Positions 61,146 through 64,000 of a stretch of 64,000 nucleotides of DNA are shown here, piece by piece (positions within the stretch are counted from its first letter, which is position 1; each line of letters starts with the position of its first letter). Origin of the DNA: Candidatus Aenigmatarchaeota archaeon. Its GTDB lineage: Archaea; Aenigmatarchaeota; Aenigmatarchaeia; Aenigmatarchaeales; Aenigmatarchaeaceae. The notes under the pieces were generated by a model. The model ran no database searches, had not been told where the DNA came from, and saw only the letters and a list, made by a program, of their open reading frames with translations. The translations under genes and the position numbers were made by a program. The stretch is from the NCBI GenBank assembly GCA_043802485.1, contig JAZDKZ010000006.1:71497-135496 (forward strand), read 5' to 3'.

Positions 61146-62016
61146 CATAAAAGGCATGCACTGCGGCAGCTGCGTAAAGAACATCGAGAATGAAGTAGTT
61201 TCTATGGAAGGAGTCAAAAAAATAAAAGTTGATTTGGCTAAGAGCAAGGCTTTTGTTGAGTTTGACAATAAAGTTATTGGTATCGATAGAATAAAGAAAA
61301 AGATAGCCTTGATGGGATATTCAGTGGACGGAAAAAAGAGCAAGGGTGTGGCCCAAGGTATAATGTACGGCCTGATACCTCACATAGGCTGTATAGCCTT
61401 TATCGTAGGATCAGTGTTGGGAGTGACCGTACTTACACAGTTCTTCACGCCACTGTTGATGAACCCATACTTTTTCCACATACTGATAGCAATCTCGATA
61501 GGCTTCGCAACACTATCTTCAGCACTCTATCTGAGAAAGAATGGTATTTTGTCTTTGGACGGAATACGTTGCAAGTGGAAATACCTTACAACAATGTACG
61601 GTTCGACAATAGGGATTAACTTGGTGCTGTTCATGCTGATATTCCCTCTCTTGGCGAACGTTTCGTTGGCTGCACCGACAGGACTCTTGATAGCAGAGGT
61701 TGACAGTTCGTACTTGAGCATGGAGGTTGACATACCTTGCCCGGGTCATGCGCCGTTGATAACACAGGAACTGAAGACAATAGACGGTGTGGGTGATGTG
61801 CATTTCAGCTTCCCTAATCTGTTCGATGTGAACTATGACTCGTCAAAAACAACAAAGCAACAGATACTATCTTTGGATGTGTTCGAGACTTACAAGGCAA
61901 GGGTTGTCAGTGAAGACGTCAAGGAGATACAGACTAACAGCAACCCTAGCTATAACAGTGGATGTGGTTGTGGTGGAAGCACTTGCGGCGGCGTCGGCAG
62001 CTGTTGCGGAGCTTGA
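61129..62016 (+). CDS. membrane protein with N-terminal HMA domain, 3 TM helices, a second HMA-like domain and a Cys/Gly tail
   Basis: GMHCGSCV metal-binding motif; TM helix with PHIGC; second ferredoxin-like module with CPGH; tail GCGCGGSTCGGVGSCCGA. Confidence 0.7.
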   Translation: MKETISIKGMHCGSCVKNIENEVVSMEGVKKIKVDLAKSKAFVEFDNKVIGIDRIKKKIALMGYSVDGKKSKGVAQGIMYGLIPHIGCIAFIVGSVLGVTVLTQFFTPLLMNPYFFHILIAISIGFATLSSALYLRKNGILSLDGIRCKWKYLTTMYGSTIGINLVLFMLIFPLLANVSLAAPTGLLIAEVDSSYLSMEVDIPCPGHAPLITQELKTIDGVGDVHFSFPNLFDVNYDSSKTTKQQILSLDVFETYKARVVSEDVKEIQTNSNPSYNSGCGCGGSTCGGVGSCCGA

Positions 62017-62062
62017 TATGAACATTTATTCGTTAGACTAACAAAATAACAAGAGATATCCA

Positions 62063-64000
62063 ATGAAGAAAAAGATAACTTTGTCAGTACACGGCATGCA
62101 TTGCGCTAGTTGTGCGCTTAACATAGAGAGCTATCTGAAAAAGACAAAGGGCGTCTTCAGTGTTGTTGTGAACTTCTCAGCAGGAGAGACTAGCTTAGAG
62201 TACGACCCAAAGGTTATCAGCGTTAAGCAGATAAAGGATAACATAAGCAAATTGGGCTACAAGGCTTTGGAGCCTGACGAGTTGAACGAGAGCGAAAAGG
62301 AAATCAGGAAATTGAAGCTACTTTCTTTCTTTGGCATTATTCTTACCATACCTGTCGTTGTGATAAGTATGTTCTTGGAAATACCGAACGAAAATTATAT
62401 ACTTCTTCTCTTGACAACTCCGGTGCAATTCGGTATCGGTTATCACTTTTACAAGAATTCTTGGAGCGCTTTGAAAAACAAATATATTAACATGGATTTT
62501 CTTGTTGTTCTAGGTAGCAGTGCTGCATATTTTTACAGCTTTCTTACGATTTTTACTGGAGGCATGGTTTTTTTCGAGGCTGCCGCTACCGTGGTAACCA
62601 CCATCACCATTGGCAGGCTGATGGAGACTGTCTCCAGGGGCAAGACGTCAGAGGCTATCAAGAAACTGGTGAAGCTCCAGGCCAAGACAGCAAGGGTGAT
62701 AAAGGATGGCAGGGAACTTGAAGTTCCTATCGAGCAATTGAAGAAGGGCGATATTGTTCTTGTCAAGCCTGGGGAAAAGATACCTGTAGACGGTTTTGTC
62801 ATCGACGGCTACTCTTCGGTTGACGAGTCAATGATAACAGGGGAAAGCATGCCTGTCGGAAAAAGAAAGGGGGACGAAGTTATCGGTGCTACCATGAACA
62901 TGAATGGTGTTCTAAGAATAAAGGCAACCAAGATAGGGGCTGAGACAGTCCTGTCCCAGATAATAAAGATGGTCAAGGAAGCGCAGCAAACCAAAGCCCC
63001 AATACAGAGAATAGCTGATAGGGTTGTGTCGTATTTTGTTCCTGTGGTTCTGCTTATTGCTATAGTGTCATTTTCTGCCTGGTACTTTTTCGCAGGTCAT
63101 ACCCTGTTCTTTGCTTTGACTGTAATGGTTAGTGTTTTGGTTGTTGCCTGCCCGTGCGCCATGGGAATAGCAACGCCTACAGCTGTCATGGTCGGTCTGG
63201 GCAAGGGCGCAGAGAACGGGATTCTCATAAGGAACGGCGCCTTTTTGGAGGAGGTTCATAGGCTGAACACTATTGTTTTTGACAAGACAGGCACTCTAAC
63301 AAGGGGCGAGCCTGAGGTTACAGACGTAATAACCTTCGAAGGAACAAAGAAAACCCTGATCAAGCTTGCTGCTTCTGTTGAGAAAAATTCAGAGCATCCC
63401 CTTGGCGAGGCCATTGTTAGAAAGGCGGAAAAAATGAAACTGGAGATAAAATCTTCTAAAAGCTTCAAGACAATACCTGGTTATGGGGTTGTCTCCAAAT
63501 ACAAGGGCAAGCCTCTCTTGGTAGGCAACAGGAAATTGATGAAGAAAAGCGGCATAGAGACAAAAAACATTGAAGACAGAATCCAGAAGCTGGAGAAAGA
63601 GGGAAAGACCACTGTCCTTGTAGCTGCAAATAAAAAGGTTATCGGCATGATAGGTATTGCAGATACTTTGAAAAAACATTCCAAGTCTGCTGTCAAAGAG
63701 CTCAGGGACCTGGGCTTGTCTGTGATAATGATCACTGGTGACAATGAGAGAACAGCCAAAGCCATTGCAAAGCAGGTCGGTATTGACGAGGTGGTGGCGG
63801 ACGTGCTGCCTCAGGACAAGGCCAAAAAGATTGAAGAGCTGCAGAGGCAAGGCAGAGTTGTCGGTATGGTTGGTGACGGCATAAACGATGCCCCTGCCTT
63901 AGCAAAAGCGAACATAGGTATAGCCATAGGCAGCGGGACAGATGTTGCAATAGAGACTGGCGACATTGTCCTGATAAAGGAGGACCTTAGGGATGTTGTT
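62063..64000 (+). CDS. copA: copper-translocating P1B-type ATPase (3' end beyond the window)
   Basis: not in the ORF track because it is open to the window end; [18 protein letters not shown] ([12 protein letters not shown]), [21 protein letters not shown]. Confidence 0.93.
   Translation, partial: MKKKITLSVHGMHCASCALNIESYLKKTKGVFSVVVNFSAGETSLEYDPKVISVKQIKDNISKLGYKALEPDELNESEKEIRKLKLLSFFGIILTIPVVVISMFLEIPNENYILLLLTTPVQFGIGYHFYKNSWSALKNKYINMDFLVVLGSSAAYFYSFLTIFTGGMVFFEAAATVVTTITIGRLMETVSRGKTSEAIKKLVKLQAKTARVIKDGRELEVPIEQLKKGDIVLVKPGEKIPVDGFVIDGYSSVDESMITGESMPVGKRKGDEVIGATMNMNGVLRIKATKIGAETVLSQIIKMVKEAQQTKAPIQRIADRVVSYFVPVVLLIAIVSFSAWYFFAGHTLFFALTVMVSVLVVACPCAMGIATPTAVMVGLGKGAENGILIRNGAFLEEVHRLNTIVFDKTGTLTRGEPEVTDVITFEGTKKTLIKLAASVEKNSEHPLGEAIVRKAEKMKLEIKSSKSFKTIPGYGVVSKYKGKPLLVGNRKLMKKSGIETKNIEDRIQKLEKEGKTTVLVAANKKVIGMIGIADTLKKHSKSAVKELRDLGLSVIMITGDNERTAKAIAKQVGIDEVVADVLPQDKAKKIEELQRQGRVVGMVGDGINDAPALAKANIGIAIGSGTDVAIETGDIVLIKEDLRDVV

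Noticed and set aside
1-64000. Search for CRISPR arrays, rRNA genes, transposases, integrases and prophage-like genes
   Set aside because: No regularly spaced direct repeats, rRNA-like GC-rich segments, or DDE/tyrosine/serine recombinase motifs were seen. The only mobile-type genes are the two LAGLIDADG ORFs.

Overview
This is an archaeal chromosome segment. Evidence: TFB, an HMf-type histone, aIF5A, aIF6, SRP54/FtsY, e-type ribosomal proteins, L7Ae-S28e-L24e, a class-I CCA-adding enzyme, Pus10/TrmY and an LSm protein. It is very compact, with many 1-17 nt gene overlaps, and tRNA genes do not encode CCA. Gene content and protein sizes suggest an uncultivated small-genome (DPANN-like) archaeon, but that is inference only. 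I support about 95 features: roughly 90 CDS, and 3 tRNAs (Gly-UCC, Lys-CUU, and Trp-CCA with a 35-nt intron). Five are small genes below the ORF-track cutoff: L39e, L24e, an Rpp21-like fragment, a 54-aa TM peptide and a 39-aa peptide. I found no rRNA, CRISPR array, transposase or integrase. The parts worth a second look are these. (1) A divergent seven-gene cluster of unrecognisable proteins at 42105-48047: a paralog pair plus a coiled-coil protein on one side, and a TM peptide, a 557-aa Zn-ribbon protein, a TIM-barrel metalloenzyme with an AT-rich in-frame insertion, and an NTase/HEPN-like protein on the other. (2) An 11-kb signalling island at 17966-29362: PAS-SBP-HK, three TM proteins, and two CheY-like paralogs with mosaic nucleotide identity. 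Those paralogs bracket KaiC-like ATPases, V4R proteins, an AbrB-like protein, and a mini-ORF-UbiA-radical SAM/SPASM operon behind a palindromic operator. (3) The layout KaiC-like -> V4R convergent on a UbiA prenyltransferase occurs twice. (4) An Rpp21 (RNase P) gene is truncated before its zinc ribbon, and three tRNA genes have TATA-like boxes at one fixed distance from the mature 5' end. (5) Two free-standing LAGLIDADG genes are inserted in tRNA-maturation operons. (6) There are atypical Fe-S and copper loci. All functional calls come from motif reading by eye; no database search was possible.
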